DNA from: a virus
Length of the DNA: 64,000 nt
Virus record (IMG/VR): IMGVR_UViG_3300030107_002115
Location: 7,481-71,480 of that record
Direction: 5' to 3' (one strand)
Shown: piece by piece, positions 37,518 through 47,272 of the stretch
How the letters are laid out: each line of letters opens with the position of its first letter
Numbering within the stretch: the stretch's first letter is position 1
Made by a program: the position numbers and the translations under genes
Notes under the pieces: model-generated
Databases searched by the model: none
What the model was told of the DNA's origin: nothing
The model's input: only the letters and a program-made list of their open reading frames with translations

Positions 37518-37825
37518 TGGCAGTACATAGTTTAACAGTAAAAAAAATAATATCAAGAGTAAGGCAATCTTTTCCAGATGCACCAGAAAATTATATTATG
37601 AATTTAATTAATGAAGCTTTGGTAGAATTAGGTAAGTATTCTAGTAAAATAGAATATGCTAAAACAACTACAGTTGCAGACCAACAATGGTATACATTAA
37701 GTGATAGTAATTCTGGATTAGAAATTAATAAAGTATTTAGAGTAGATTTTATGGATTCTAGTGGCGAGTATGTAAAAATACCAAGATTGCTAGATGGTGA
37801 AATCTTAACAATGGACATAGACTAA
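37517..37825 (+). CDS. Phage adaptor-like protein, N-terminal half
   Basis: IISRVR...LINEAL...T.ADQQWY.L; TAATG-coupled ATG at 37517. Confidence 0.5.
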   Translation: MAVHSLTVKKIISRVRQSFPDAPENYIMNLINEALVELGKYSSKIEYAKTTTVADQQWYTLSDSNSGLEINKVFRVDFMDSSGEYVKIPRLLDGEILTMDID

Positions 37826-38256
37826 TGGCAAGTAGTTATAAATATCCAGAAAAATATATAGCTTGGTTTATTAAAGGAAATCATATAGCTATTGTTACAA
37901 CAAAAGGTGAAACAGATGGTACTACTCATTCTCAGTTAGGTCAATATAAACCTATTGACGAAGCTGTAACAAATGGAGTATTATTACATTATCAAGGAGA
38001 ACCTAATGCAGTTAGTGCAATTACAGATACTCCAGATATAGATAATGTATTTCATAGTTCTTTAATAGACTATGTTAAATCAAAATTATATCAAGACAAA
38101 GCTGGTATTACATCAGACCCTAATATTGCTAGTGTTAGTTTAAACCTTTCACAGGTTCACGAAGCTAAATGGGTAGAAGCTACAAAAAAACATGGAGCAA
38201 ATAAAAGAGACAAAACTGGTGGCTCTAGAATGATAAGATTACCAGACTTAACTTAA
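37825..38256 (+). CDS. Phage adaptor-like protein, C-terminal half
   Basis: DTPDID..FH..LIDYV motif typical of adaptor C-termini. Confidence 0.5.
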   Translation: MASSYKYPEKYIAWFIKGNHIAIVTTKGETDGTTHSQLGQYKPIDEAVTNGVLLHYQGEPNAVSAITDTPDIDNVFHSSLIDYVKSKLYQDKAGITSDPNIASVSLNLSQVHEAKWVEATKKHGANKRDKTGGSRMIRLPDLT

Positions 38257-38314
38257 CAACCAATATGCCCATGAGAAATGTCAAGCTCGGTAAGGCATAG
38301 CAAGGAGAAACAAG

Positions 38315-38596
38315 ATGGCAGAATCAATTAATAAATATACAGTAGTAGAGTCATTAAATCAAATGCTCTATGAAAGTGCAACCACCGTTACAGCAGTTCA
38401 TGGTGGCTCTGACCAAACACTAGATGATTCACATACAGCTTTATATGTGGGTACTGGTGGAAATGTGGTACTTACACTTCAATCTGGTAGCGATGCAACT
38501 TTTACAAATTTAGCAAGTGGTCAAATATTACCTGTTAAGTTTTCAGCAATCAAAGCAACAAATACAACAGCAACTAATATGCTGGCATTGAAATAA
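38315..38596 (+). CDS. Capsid spike-base protein (RcGTA Rcc01079-like)
   Basis: ALYVGTGGNV...TF.NL.SG.ILPV...I.AT.TTAT...AL pattern. Confidence 0.6.
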   Translation: MAESINKYTVVESLNQMLYESATTVTAVHGGSDQTLDDSHTALYVGTGGNVVLTLQSGSDATFTNLASGQILPVKFSAIKATNTTATNMLALK

Positions 38597-38727
38597 TGAT
38601 AGGCGGTATTAGGGCTAACATAGTCAACTTTGTACAAACAATACTTGATGTTGGTTGGAACGGAGCAGAAGCTGTACAGCTTAAATGGGAAGATACAACC
38701 AGTAAATGGGAAGATTTAGAAGGATAA
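38596..38727 (+). CDS. 43-aa Trp-periodic micro-protein (not in ORF track)
   Basis: MIGGIRANIV...KWEDTTSKWEDLEG, TAATG-coupled, ends just before the fibre start. Confidence 0.5.
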   Translation: MIGGIRANIVNFVQTILDVGWNGAEAVQLKWEDTTSKWEDLEG

Positions 38728-38731
38728 AATT

Positions 38732-41659
38732 ATGGCAACTTTAACAGGGCAAACAATAGCATCATCTTATGAACAATTACTTCATGTAGATAGAGATGGT
38801 GGGGGAAATACAACAACTTTAGTAGATGTAAAAGATGGAGACAATGGAACTACATTTGCATTAAAACTAGCAACAGATAAAGTAAGAATAGAAAAATTAG
38901 GAATCTTAACAGATTCTCCAGAAGCATCTTTAGATGTAAACACAAGTATTACTGCTGGGGGTGGAATCGCCTATGGTGCAATTATAAGAGGTTCTGAAGC
39001 AGCCGATGGGGATAACTTAGATACTGGAGATGGTATTGGTTTAAAATTTGAGATTCCAATAGATACAGCAACGAGTAACATTGGTGCAAGTATTGAAGCT
39101 ATTAAATCAAGTAATTTAGATAGTAATTCTGAAACCAAAATGATTTTGAAAACATCTGGCAATGATGAAACATTAGATACAGCATTTACTATATTCTCAA
39201 ATCAAAATACTGCGATTGAAGCAACTAAAGGATTTTATTTAGATGGTGGTGGCAATACTTTTATATCAGAAGTATCAGCAGATACAATTCAATTTACTAC
39301 TGGAGGCTCTGAAAGGATTAGAATAGATAGTTCTGGAAATATAGGTGTGGGAACAGATTCTCCAGACACCTATTTACATATTCATAAAGCAACTGCTGGT
39401 TCTGTAGATACTAATGCTAACGCTCAATTAACCATTGAAAATAGCGACCATAATGCTATACAATTTTTAACACCAAATGATAAAAATAATATTATTTATT
39501 TTGGTGATGTAGATGATGATGATGTCGGATATATCAATTATGCTCATGGTACAAATACTATGAATTTTCAAACCAATGCTGCTATTAGAATGTCTATAAA
39601 TAGTCTTGGTAATGTAGGAATTGGAGTCACTCCAGAATCTACTAATTCTAATGCATCAGCATTACAAGTAGGAGGAAATGCTTATTTACTTAGCACCAAA
39701 ACTCAAGGAGCATCTGGAGAAATGGACTTTGGTCATAATTTTTATTGGGCGGCTGATGGAAACCAAAAACATATAAGCACAGATGAAGCGAGTCAATATC
39801 GTCAAGGTGGTGGAAATCACGAATTTAAAAGTGTAGCAAGTGGTTCTGCTGACGCAACAATTACTTGGACTAGAATGATGAAACTTGATATTAATTCAAG
39901 AGTTTCATTAAGTAATAATGATGGTGGTGCTAATAACACAACTTTTGGAAATTTAGCTGGAGCTGCCTTAACAACTAATGGAGATAGGAATTCTCTTTTT
40001 GGTCATTTAGCTGGAAATGATATTAGTAGTGGTCAAGAAAATACTTTAATGGGTTATCTTGCTGGTGAAAAAATCACAACAGGGTTGTATAATACAGCGA
40101 TAGGTAGTCAAGCTTTTGCAACAAATGTAGATGGAGATGAAAATACAGCACTTGGATATGCAAGTTTATACAATTTTGAAGCTGGAAGTGATGGCGAAGG
40201 AAAGAATGTATCTATAGGTGCAAACGCATCTTTCCATCTTGATTCTGGTCAATATAATACAATAGTCGGAACTAGTGCTGGATTTGGAACTCATGCCGAA
40301 ACAATTACTTATTCTGAAAATACAGCAGTTGGTTATAAAGCAATGATGGATATGGTAAGTGGTACTGCAAATGTAGCCATAGGGAATAATGCTTTAGAAA
40401 ATGCAACTACTGCTACTGTCAACACAGCCGTTGGTGGCGAAGCTATGGCTGGAATAACAACTAATGCTGTTCAAGATGCTGTAGCTATTGGGCATAGTGC
40501 TTTTAAAGGTTCTAGCTCAACAACTACTGGAGCAAATGGAACTGTAGCCGTTGGACACGATGCCTTAAAAGTTCTTACAACTGGAGCATCTAACCTTGCC
40601 GTAGGTTTTCAAGCTGGGCTAACAATAACAACAACAAGTGGAAATACTATTGTAGGTTCTGGTACAGCTACTGCTGGTACTATTGGTGCAAATAATACAG
40701 TAGTAGGACACGATGCTTTTAATGCTAATATAGATGGAGCGGCTAGTTGTGTTGTTGTAGGAAAATCTGCTTTAGCTGCAGCTCATACTCAAACTGGAAC
40801 TATAGCTATTGGAGCAGCTACACTTGGAAATTGTACAAGTGGAATTGGTAATACTGGCGTAGGATATGAAGCGTTAGCATTATGTACAGATGGAAAGCGA
40901 AATACAGCAATTGGTTATCAAACATTACACTCAGCTATGAATGTAGGAGATAGTAATACTGCTGTTGGGTTTAAATCTTTATATGCAGTTGACCCAGACG
41001 CAGATGACGAAGGGGCAAATTCGGCTCTAGGTTCTTTATCTGGTTCTACAATTACTAGTGGGGAAGCAAATACTTTTTTAGGGTTTGCAACAGGAGCAAG
41101 TGGTTCAAATGATACAACTACAGGTGATGGAAATACCTTTGTGGGTTCTTTGGCTGGAGGTTCTGGTGCTGGTGTAAACGATGAGATTGTTTTAAAAGCT
41201 GGTGTAGATGCATTAGCTGGTGGTGGAACTGAAACAATAAGAATAGGTGTTGACTCAGATTATATTACTAATGATTTTGGAGAAAACGCTACTTGGACTC
41301 ATTCTTCTGATAAGAGAATTAAGAAAAATATTAAGCCTTTAGATTTAGGTTTACAATTTGTAAATGATTTAAAGCCAGTTACTTTTAATAAAAAAGCTCC
41401 AAGTGAATATCCAAAAGAATTTGAACAATATAATCCTAAAAAAACAAAAAGGATAAATCCAGATGCAGTTAATTATGGGTTTATTGCTCAAGAAGTTAAG
41501 GAGTCTATGGATAAAGCTGGACATTCAAAATTTCCAATGTGGAAAGAAAATAAGGATGGTATGCAAATGCTGGGAGAAACAGCGTTAATTCCTACTTTAG
41601 TAAAAGCAATACAAGAGTTATCAGCAAAAGTAACGGAATTAGAAAACAAACTTAAATAG
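38732..41659 (+). CDS. Tail fibre/spike with beta-solenoid repeats and C-terminal peptidase S74 chaperone
   Basis: GNIGVGT repeats, many NTAVG/NTAIG repeats, SSDKRIKKNI, GFIAQEV, LVKAIQEL. Confidence 0.9.
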   Translation: MATLTGQTIASSYEQLLHVDRDGGGNTTTLVDVKDGDNGTTFALKLATDKVRIEKLGILTDSPEASLDVNTSITAGGGIAYGAIIRGSEAADGDNLDTGDGIGLKFEIPIDTATSNIGASIEAIKSSNLDSNSETKMILKTSGNDETLDTAFTIFSNQNTAIEATKGFYLDGGGNTFISEVSADTIQFTTGGSERIRIDSSGNIGVGTDSPDTYLHIHKATAGSVDTNANAQLTIENSDHNAIQFLTPNDKNNIIYFGDVDDDDVGYINYAHGTNTMNFQTNAAIRMSINSLGNVGIGVTPESTNSNASALQVGGNAYLLSTKTQGASGEMDFGHNFYWAADGNQKHISTDEASQYRQGGGNHEFKSVASGSADATITWTRMMKLDINSRVSLSNNDGGANNTTFGNLAGAALTTNGDRNSLFGHLAGNDISSGQENTLMGYLAGEKITTGLYNTAIGSQAFATNVDGDENTALGYASLYNFEAGSDGEGKNVSIGANASFHLDSGQYNTIVGTSAGFGTHAETITYSENTAVGYKAMMDMVSGTANVAIGNNALENATTATVNTAVGGEAMAGITTNAVQDAVAIGHSAFKGSSSTTTGANGTVAVGHDALKVLTTGASNLAVGFQAGLTITTTSGNTIVGSGTATAGTIGANNTVVGHDAFNANIDGAASCVVVGKSALAAAHTQTGTIAIGAATLGNCTSGIGNTGVGYEALALCTDGKRNTAIGYQTLHSAMNVGDSNTAVGFKSLYAVDPDADDEGANSALGSLSGSTITSGEANTFLGFATGASGSNDTTTGDGNTFVGSLAGGSGAGVNDEIVLKAGVDALAGGGTETIRIGVDSDYITNDFGENATWTHSSDKRIKKNIKPLDLGLQFVNDLKPVTFNKKAPSEYPKEFEQYNPKKTKRINPDAVNYGFIAQEVKESMDKAGHSKFPMWKENKDGMQMLGETALIPTLVKAIQELSAKVTELENKLK

Positions 41660-41669
41660 GAGAATCAGA

Positions 41670-41996
41670 ATGAACTGGTCAGAATACAAAGCAAAGAAAG
41701 GTAAAACAGCCGACTTTGCAAAAAAAGAAGTAGTAACTAAAAAAGCTGTTAAAGAGGTTAAAGACTCTGATGGCGTAGTAGTAAAAAAAGCAGAAGCAGA
41801 AGAAAAAAGAGCATACATAGCTATGGTTCAAAAGGCTTGGAATTCATCAACTGGAGAACAGCTAGATGACCGAGAGCAAGAATGGTCACTATCTGAACTT
41901 GAAAATGAAAAGAAAAGATATGATGATAATATGACTAGAGCAAAAGCACAAAGCGATGGATTAGCAGAGGCGATTGCAGACTTTAAAAAACTTTAA
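41670..41996 (+). CDS. Hypothetical protein (fibre-associated)
   Basis: AGGAG RBS, follows fibre. Confidence 0.6.
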   Translation: MNWSEYKAKKGKTADFAKKEVVTKKAVKEVKDSDGVVVKKAEAEEKRAYIAMVQKAWNSSTGEQLDDREQEWSLSELENEKKRYDDNMTRAKAQSDGLAEAIADFKKL

Positions 41997-42021
41997 ATAA
42001 CAAACAACACAGGAGTTAATA

Positions 42022-42258
42022 ATGGCAAAAAAAGAAAAAGAAATGCCTAAAGAACAGACAATTAGTTACGAAGGAAAAGAATATAAAGTGTCTGTATTTA
42101 ACGAGCAAGAAATTGATGATTTTAATCATTCTTTAGATTTGCAAAATAAAATTCAAAGAGCAGCTTTTAATTTAAGGCAACTTAATGGCTCTGCTGAATA
42201 TTATAAATCTAAAAATAATAAAGCAATAAAACGTGTAAATGAGGAAAAAGAAAAGTAA
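42022..42258 (+). CDS. Small coiled-coil protein (possible fibre chaperone)
   Basis: AGGAG RBS; ISYEGKEY...DLQNKI. Confidence 0.55.
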   Translation: MAKKEKEMPKEQTISYEGKEYKVSVFNEQEIDDFNHSLDLQNKIQRAAFNLRQLNGSAEYYKSKNNKAIKRVNEEKEK

Positions 42259-42400
42259 TCAATTTACAAATTATAACATCCTCATAAAGCTTGTTTTTAT
42301 GGGGTTGTTATTATTTAGTTGTGAAGGTTGGTCTGTAATGGGATATGCTTTAGACAAATCACAAGAAAATAAAATTGATAGTACAGAGATAAATGAATGA
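42239..42400 (+). CDS. Small lipoprotein (53 aa, not in ORF track)
   Basis: Basic N-terminus, hydrophobic core, LFS-C lipobox. Confidence 0.5.
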   Translation: MRKKKSNQFTNYNILIKLVFMGLLLFSCEGWSVMGYALDKSQENKIDSTEINE

Positions 42401-42713
42401 AGAGTTTAAAACTGCTAAGTCATATCGTACTGGCATTATTGACGACAATGCTTATATCACTATTAACTGGAAACTTTTGGTACAGTTTGGGGTATTTATT
42501 TTTGGCATCGGTTATACTTGGATGGATTTACAAGGTCGAATTTCAAGTCTTGAAGATGAAGTTGTGGAGGCTCATTCTGAAATACGGATGCTCGTTAGTA
42601 AACATCAGCTGGAAGAAACTGCACAATTAGAAGAACTTGAAGATAAACTCAAGTTTTATGAAAAAGAACTCAATATTAATCCTCTATCTTGGAGGAAAAG
42701 GAAAAAGAAATAA
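42393..42713 (+). CDS. Single-TM coiled-coil protein (lysis cassette)
   Basis: One TM followed by coiled coil. Confidence 0.5.
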   Translation: MNEEFKTAKSYRTGIIDDNAYITINWKLLVQFGVFIFGIGYTWMDLQGRISSLEDEVVEAHSEIRMLVSKHQLEETAQLEELEDKLKFYEKELNINPLSWRKRKKK

Positions 42714-43030
42714 TGGACTTTATGGCTGTTTACGGAGAAGCAGGAATGATTGGGGTTGTTGGTGCTATGTTTGTATACCTAGTTATTTCTTTATCTAATA
42801 AATCAGCCAAACAACAAGAAGTATTAAAAGAATTAGAAGTTGAAAATAAAGGACAAAGCGAAACATTGGAAAATATGGAAGGAATGATCATAAAGTTAAT
42901 TAATAGATGGAATCAATCAGATGATAAACTTGATAGAAAGTTTGATGCTCTTACTAAAGAAGTAAATGATTTAGATAATCAAGTATCAAGAATAGATGGT
43001 TCTCTTTCAAGAATAAACGGAAAGCATTAA
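42713..43030 (+). CDS. Holin-like protein
   Basis: YGEAGMIGVVGAMFVYLV TM plus coiled coil, near endolysin. Confidence 0.55.
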   Translation: MDFMAVYGEAGMIGVVGAMFVYLVISLSNKSAKQQEVLKELEVENKGQSETLENMEGMIIKLINRWNQSDDKLDRKFDALTKEVNDLDNQVSRIDGSLSRINGKH

Positions 43031-43176
43031 TGGATAGTTTAAAAGTAACTGGAGCAAGTTTCACAAGTCAAGTAATAGTCTTTATGGATATGTTACCTTA
43101 TTTTTTAGGAATTATAATAGCTATAATGAATATAGTCTATCTTTATTATAAAATAAAAAAAGCAAAGGAGTTGTAA
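43030..43176 (+). CDS. Small membrane protein (48 aa, holin-like)
   Basis: MDSLKV...LGIIIAIMNIVYLYYKIKK; TAATG-coupled. Confidence 0.55.
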   Translation: MDSLKVTGASFTSQVIVFMDMLPYFLGIIIAIMNIVYLYYKIKKAKEL

Positions 43177-43353
43177 ATGTTAGGAAAAGTAGTAGCTCAG
43201 TATTTATTAGATGATGAGGTTAAAGCTGATTTAATTGCGTCTGTTAATAAATCTGTTAACGTACCAATGATTAATGAAAAGACAGAAGCTAAGATTTTAG
43301 AAGCTATCTGGGAATTATTTGAAATGGCAATTAAAAAGAAATTAGGAGTATAA
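43177..43353 (+). CDS. Small hypothetical protein (58 aa)
   Basis: AAGGAG RBS; VNKSVNVPMINEKTEAKIL. Confidence 0.6.
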   Translation: MLGKVVAQYLLDDEVKADLIASVNKSVNVPMINEKTEAKILEAIWELFEMAIKKKLGV

Positions 43354-43355
43354 TA

Positions 43356-43553
43356 ATGACACATTCAATAATAGTTATTTTAACAATGGCAACACTTAAT
43401 ACTGAACCTTTAGATTCTAATGGTAAACATTTAGAACAATATGCTATGATGGAAGATGTGAAAAAGAAAAAAAAGAAAGGCAAAAAGATTGGTGGTAGCA
43501 AAGGAAAGAAATCAAAAAAAGGATTTTTTTCTAAGATATTTGGCTCTAAGTAA
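43356..43553 (+). CDS. Small Lys-rich protein
   Basis: AGGAG RBS, poly-Lys C-terminus. Confidence 0.5.
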   Translation: MTHSIIVILTMATLNTEPLDSNGKHLEQYAMMEDVKKKKKKGKKIGGSKGKKSKKGFFSKIFGSK

Positions 43554-43951
43554 TGCCACGTTTTAGTAGAAAGTCTAGGGAAAAATTAGAAGGCGTAGAT
43601 GCACGTTTAGTTTTATTATTAGAAGAGGTTGTTAAATATTTTGATATTACCATTATTGAAGGTAAGCGTAGTCAAGAAAGGCAAAATCAATTAGTAAAAG
43701 AAGGTAAAAGTAAAACTAAATTCGGTAAACACGTACAAGGAATGGCTGTTGATATTGCTCCTTATCCTATTGATTGGAACGCTAGAGATGATTTTCACTA
43801 TTTAGGTGGCTTTGTTTTAGGGATTGCTTGTAAGATGGGCGTTAATGTTCGTTGGGGTGGCGACTGGTCGTCATCATCTTTAGCAAAAGAACAACGCACA
43901 ACTAAAGATAATTCTTTTGATGATTTAGTACACTTTGAAATAAAAGAATAA
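43553..43951 (+). CDS. Endolysin, peptidase M15 (L-Ala-D-Glu peptidase type)
   Basis: EG.RS..RQ..L, H..G.AVD, WGGDW, D..HFE. Confidence 0.92.
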   Translation: MPRFSRKSREKLEGVDARLVLLLEEVVKYFDITIIEGKRSQERQNQLVKEGKSKTKFGKHVQGMAVDIAPYPIDWNARDDFHYLGGFVLGIACKMGVNVRWGGDWSSSSLAKEQRTTKDNSFDDLVHFEIKE

Positions 43952-46521
43952 TGCCTAAGAATCAAATACTTCTTAATGATTTTTCAGGTGGCTTAAACGA
44001 TTATCAAGTTCCTAGGGATTTACAATTTAATGAATTACAAGCTTGTAATAACTTTACATTTCAACAAGGTAAAACTTTAAGAACTAGAGGGTCTTTTGTA
44101 GCTCACGGAGATGCACCAGCTCAAGCAGCTACTATAATTGGTGGTTATGGTTTTACATCTTTTGAGTCTGATTATTCTCCATCTTCTTATGAAGCTGTAA
44201 ATACAAGTGTTAGTACTAATTTAGTTTTTACAAATGATACTGGTGAAGGTTTAAATTCAGCTACAGTAGCTGGTGCGTATTTTGGCAGTTTTCAAGAAGG
44301 TGGACACGCTGTTTATAGCGTTCATAGTAGTTCTGGTTTACAAGATACCATTGATACAAGTATAGAACCCGGTATGCAAATAAAAATATCTGGGACAGCT
44401 AAAAATAATGGAATATATACTGTTTTAGGTGTTGGAGATAGTATAAATACAGAGGATGATACCGCTGTAAATGCTATAGAAATAGATAGTTCTTTAAACA
44501 CTTTTGCTAGTGAAACCGTAGCTGCTAATAGTACAACAACTGGAACAAAATCTATATTAACTCACACGTTAGGTGAGAATTGTTTAGTTGTTTCTGATAT
44601 AGCTACTGGTAATCTTGATGTATATACTAAATCATCTGATGCTTTTATAGCTAGTGCTATTAGAACAAAATCAACTGCTGCTTCAGTAGATCAAAGCTCA
44701 TCTTTTACATCTGAATATTCTTTTTATGTTATAGATAATGCTTTAAGAGTTTCTGATGGAACAACAAGTCCTTTTATGCAACCTAAATGGTATGGTTATA
44801 TTGAAAGACATCATTTTAAAGATGTTCAATATAGTTCTACAGATATTGTTGGTTCTGCAACAACTTTTAAAGGTTGGTATCAAGACATTAATAAATTAAA
44901 CATACCAATTTCTGCTAGAACAGATACTAGTGATACATATCCTTCAACTGCAAATATAAGTTCAACTTCCTTTTCAAATAGAGGTGGTTTTACTATTAAT
45001 TACGATAGTACTAATACAAATGATAATAGTTTATGGGATTCAGAAACTTGGAAAATAGCCTTATCTTTAGTTTATGATGGAAATCAAGAATCTTTATTAT
45101 ACGTACCCACTTCAAATAATACGTTTACAACTGTACTAGGTAATGATTTACGTTTACGTGTTATGGCTGCAATAAGTGCTAGTAATTTAGGATATGGAAC
45201 TAGAGTAACAGGCGGTAGAATGTATTATAAAACTTCTGATTCAGAAACAGACGATTGGATATTGTTATGTAATATAGATTTAACTCACGGAGTTTCTCCT
45301 ACGTTAGAAGGAGATAAAACTGGATGGACTGCTGCAAGTGCAACTACGTTTTATTCTGATGTAACATTACTATCCCCTAATACGGATTCTTACAAATCAA
45401 TAAATGGATATTCTCCCGATATACATTCTAATTCTATAGGTAGACTTGGAGAAGGGTGGAAAACTGGTTTAATTTGTAATAGAAGAGCTTTTGTTGCAAA
45501 TGTAAGAACTAAAAATGAATATGATAATAACGTAACAATTCACGGAGATAGAATTATGTATTCTATGCCTAATAAATTTGATACGTTTCCATCTTTTAAT
45601 TATATAGACGTAGTAAAAGGTGACGCAGAACATTATTTAAAATTAGAATCATTTGCAGATAGATTATTAGCTTTTAAACACCATTCTGTTCAAATTATAA
45701 ACGTTTCATCTCCCAGTGATGACAGTTGGTTTTTAGAAGAAGATATAAAAAATAACGGAGTAGAACATTCAGCGTCTGTTTTTAGATCAAACAAAGGAAT
45801 TATTTGGGCAAATAATGAAGGTTGTTTTTTATATAACGGTTCTGAGATATTAAATTTAACAGAAAATAAAATAGATCAAAGTACTTGGAGTAGTTTTGTT
45901 ACCACTTCTTCTTGTGTTGGTTATGATGCTCATTCAGATATGATTTTAGTTAGTAGACAATCTGATACTGGAGCTTCCAATATGGGAGATTGCTATGTTT
46001 TTGATTTTAAAACAGGAGCTTGGTCTTATGTTTCTACTTTAATAAATGTTAGTTCTTTATATACAAATTTTATAACTGATTATAATGGAGATTTATGTGT
46101 TGCTGTTAAAAATAGTAGTAACATTGAAATAAAAAAGTTTTCTCATACAACGATTGAAGATATAAGTACTGGAAAAGCTTTAATAAAAACAAAAGATATA
46201 GATTTTGATTTACCCTCTATAAAAAAGAAAATATATTCTGTAACAGTAACTTATAAAAGCGATAATGCACAAACAGCACCTATATCTTATTCTACTAATG
46301 GAGGTACTAGCTATACTAATCTTACAGGTAATTTTATAGCAACAGGAGCTACTTGGAAAAAACTTAAAGCAACTGCCTCTTCTCCAATAACGTGTCAGTC
46401 CGTAGCTATACAAATTAAAAACGCATCAGCATCAACTGGAAGTACTAGGGGAATACAAATTGGAGATATAAGTATAGAATATAGAATACTTAACGTTGCT
46501 AATGTTACTAGTGATACGTAA
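43951..46521 (+). CDS. Tail nozzle / stabilisation protein (tubular B-like)
   Basis: N-terminal DFSGGLN..PRDL..E...N motif, beta-propeller-like body, KTKDIDF...KKK C-terminal motif. Confidence 0.7.
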   Translation: MPKNQILLNDFSGGLNDYQVPRDLQFNELQACNNFTFQQGKTLRTRGSFVAHGDAPAQAATIIGGYGFTSFESDYSPSSYEAVNTSVSTNLVFTNDTGEGLNSATVAGAYFGSFQEGGHAVYSVHSSSGLQDTIDTSIEPGMQIKISGTAKNNGIYTVLGVGDSINTEDDTAVNAIEIDSSLNTFASETVAANSTTTGTKSILTHTLGENCLVVSDIATGNLDVYTKSSDAFIASAIRTKSTAASVDQSSSFTSEYSFYVIDNALRVSDGTTSPFMQPKWYGYIERHHFKDVQYSSTDIVGSATTFKGWYQDINKLNIPISARTDTSDTYPSTANISSTSFSNRGGFTINYDSTNTNDNSLWDSETWKIALSLVYDGNQESLLYVPTSNNTFTTVLGNDLRLRVMAAISASNLGYGTRVTGGRMYYKTSDSETDDWILLCNIDLTHGVSPTLEGDKTGWTAASATTFYSDVTLLSPNTDSYKSINGYSPDIHSNSIGRLGEGWKTGLICNRRAFVANVRTKNEYDNNVTIHGDRIMYSMPNKFDTFPSFNYIDVVKGDAEHYLKLESFADRLLAFKHHSVQIINVSSPSDDSWFLEEDIKNNGVEHSASVFRSNKGIIWANNEGCFLYNGSEILNLTENKIDQSTWSSFVTTSSCVGYDAHSDMILVSRQSDTGASNMGDCYVFDFKTGAWSYVSTLINVSSLYTNFITDYNGDLCVAVKNSSNIEIKKFSHTTIEDISTGKALIKTKDIDFDLPSIKKKIYSVTVTYKSDNAQTAPISYSTNGGTSYTNLTGNFIATGATWKKLKATASSPITCQSVAIQIKNASASTGSTRGIQIGDISIEYRILNVANVTSDT

Positions 46522-47225
46522 TGCCTAGATTAGAGCGACAATTAAGAAAAACAATTAATTCAAAAGGTAACGCATTACCTAATAGTAATTCAAAATCCGT
46601 TATTGATTACACTCCATCTAGCTCTAATATGAAAGAAGGTGAGCAAATTTTTGCAAAAGAAGGTAATAAACCACTTGCTTTATATAAAAAAAATAAAGGT
46701 ATATTAAATAAAGTTTATTTATCAGCTGATGGAAATCAAATTGTAGATAAAAAATTAATAACTAATTCACTACAATATAAAAAACGTTTTATAGATTATA
46801 GAATATTTATTCACAATTTTCAAAAAGACCTTGATACTGATGAACTTTATCTACCTTGGACTGGAGTTGTAGATACTACATCTTTTAAATCTTCAACTGG
46901 TTATTTAACTCCTTTTAAAATGACGTGTCATAAACTTATATTTAGACCACCAAATTTAACAGACAATACAGATAATATTGTATTTGCAATAAAAAAAATA
47001 GACAATGGAGATAATACAGAAGATGCTGTTTGTAATTATACTTACTCAACTACATTTGTTGACTATACTTCAATAACTATAAAACAATCTGATTGGAGTG
47101 CTACTCCAATAATAAATGCTGGTAATATAGCTATATTAACTATTGACGCTTCAGATACCGGAATAACAACTTCTGCTATGGATTTTTTTGTAACGTCAGT
47201 ATGGAGAGTAGAGGTAGAAATTTAA
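46521..47225 (+). CDS. Virion/tail accessory protein
   Basis: Homolog of 1..420. Confidence 0.7.
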   Translation: MPRLERQLRKTINSKGNALPNSNSKSVIDYTPSSSNMKEGEQIFAKEGNKPLALYKKNKGILNKVYLSADGNQIVDKKLITNSLQYKKRFIDYRIFIHNFQKDLDTDELYLPWTGVVDTTSFKSSTGYLTPFKMTCHKLIFRPPNLTDNTDNIVFAIKKIDNGDNTEDAVCNYTYSTTFVDYTSITIKQSDWSATPIINAGNIAILTIDASDTGITTSAMDFFVTSVWRVEVEI

Positions 47226-47272
47226 GTAAATAAATATGTATATTCTAACTACAAAAAAGTATATTATATAAT

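Noticed and set aside
38732-41659. Diversity-generating retroelement target
   Set aside because: No reverse transcriptase and no TR/VR pair seen; repeats are protein-level solenoid repeats
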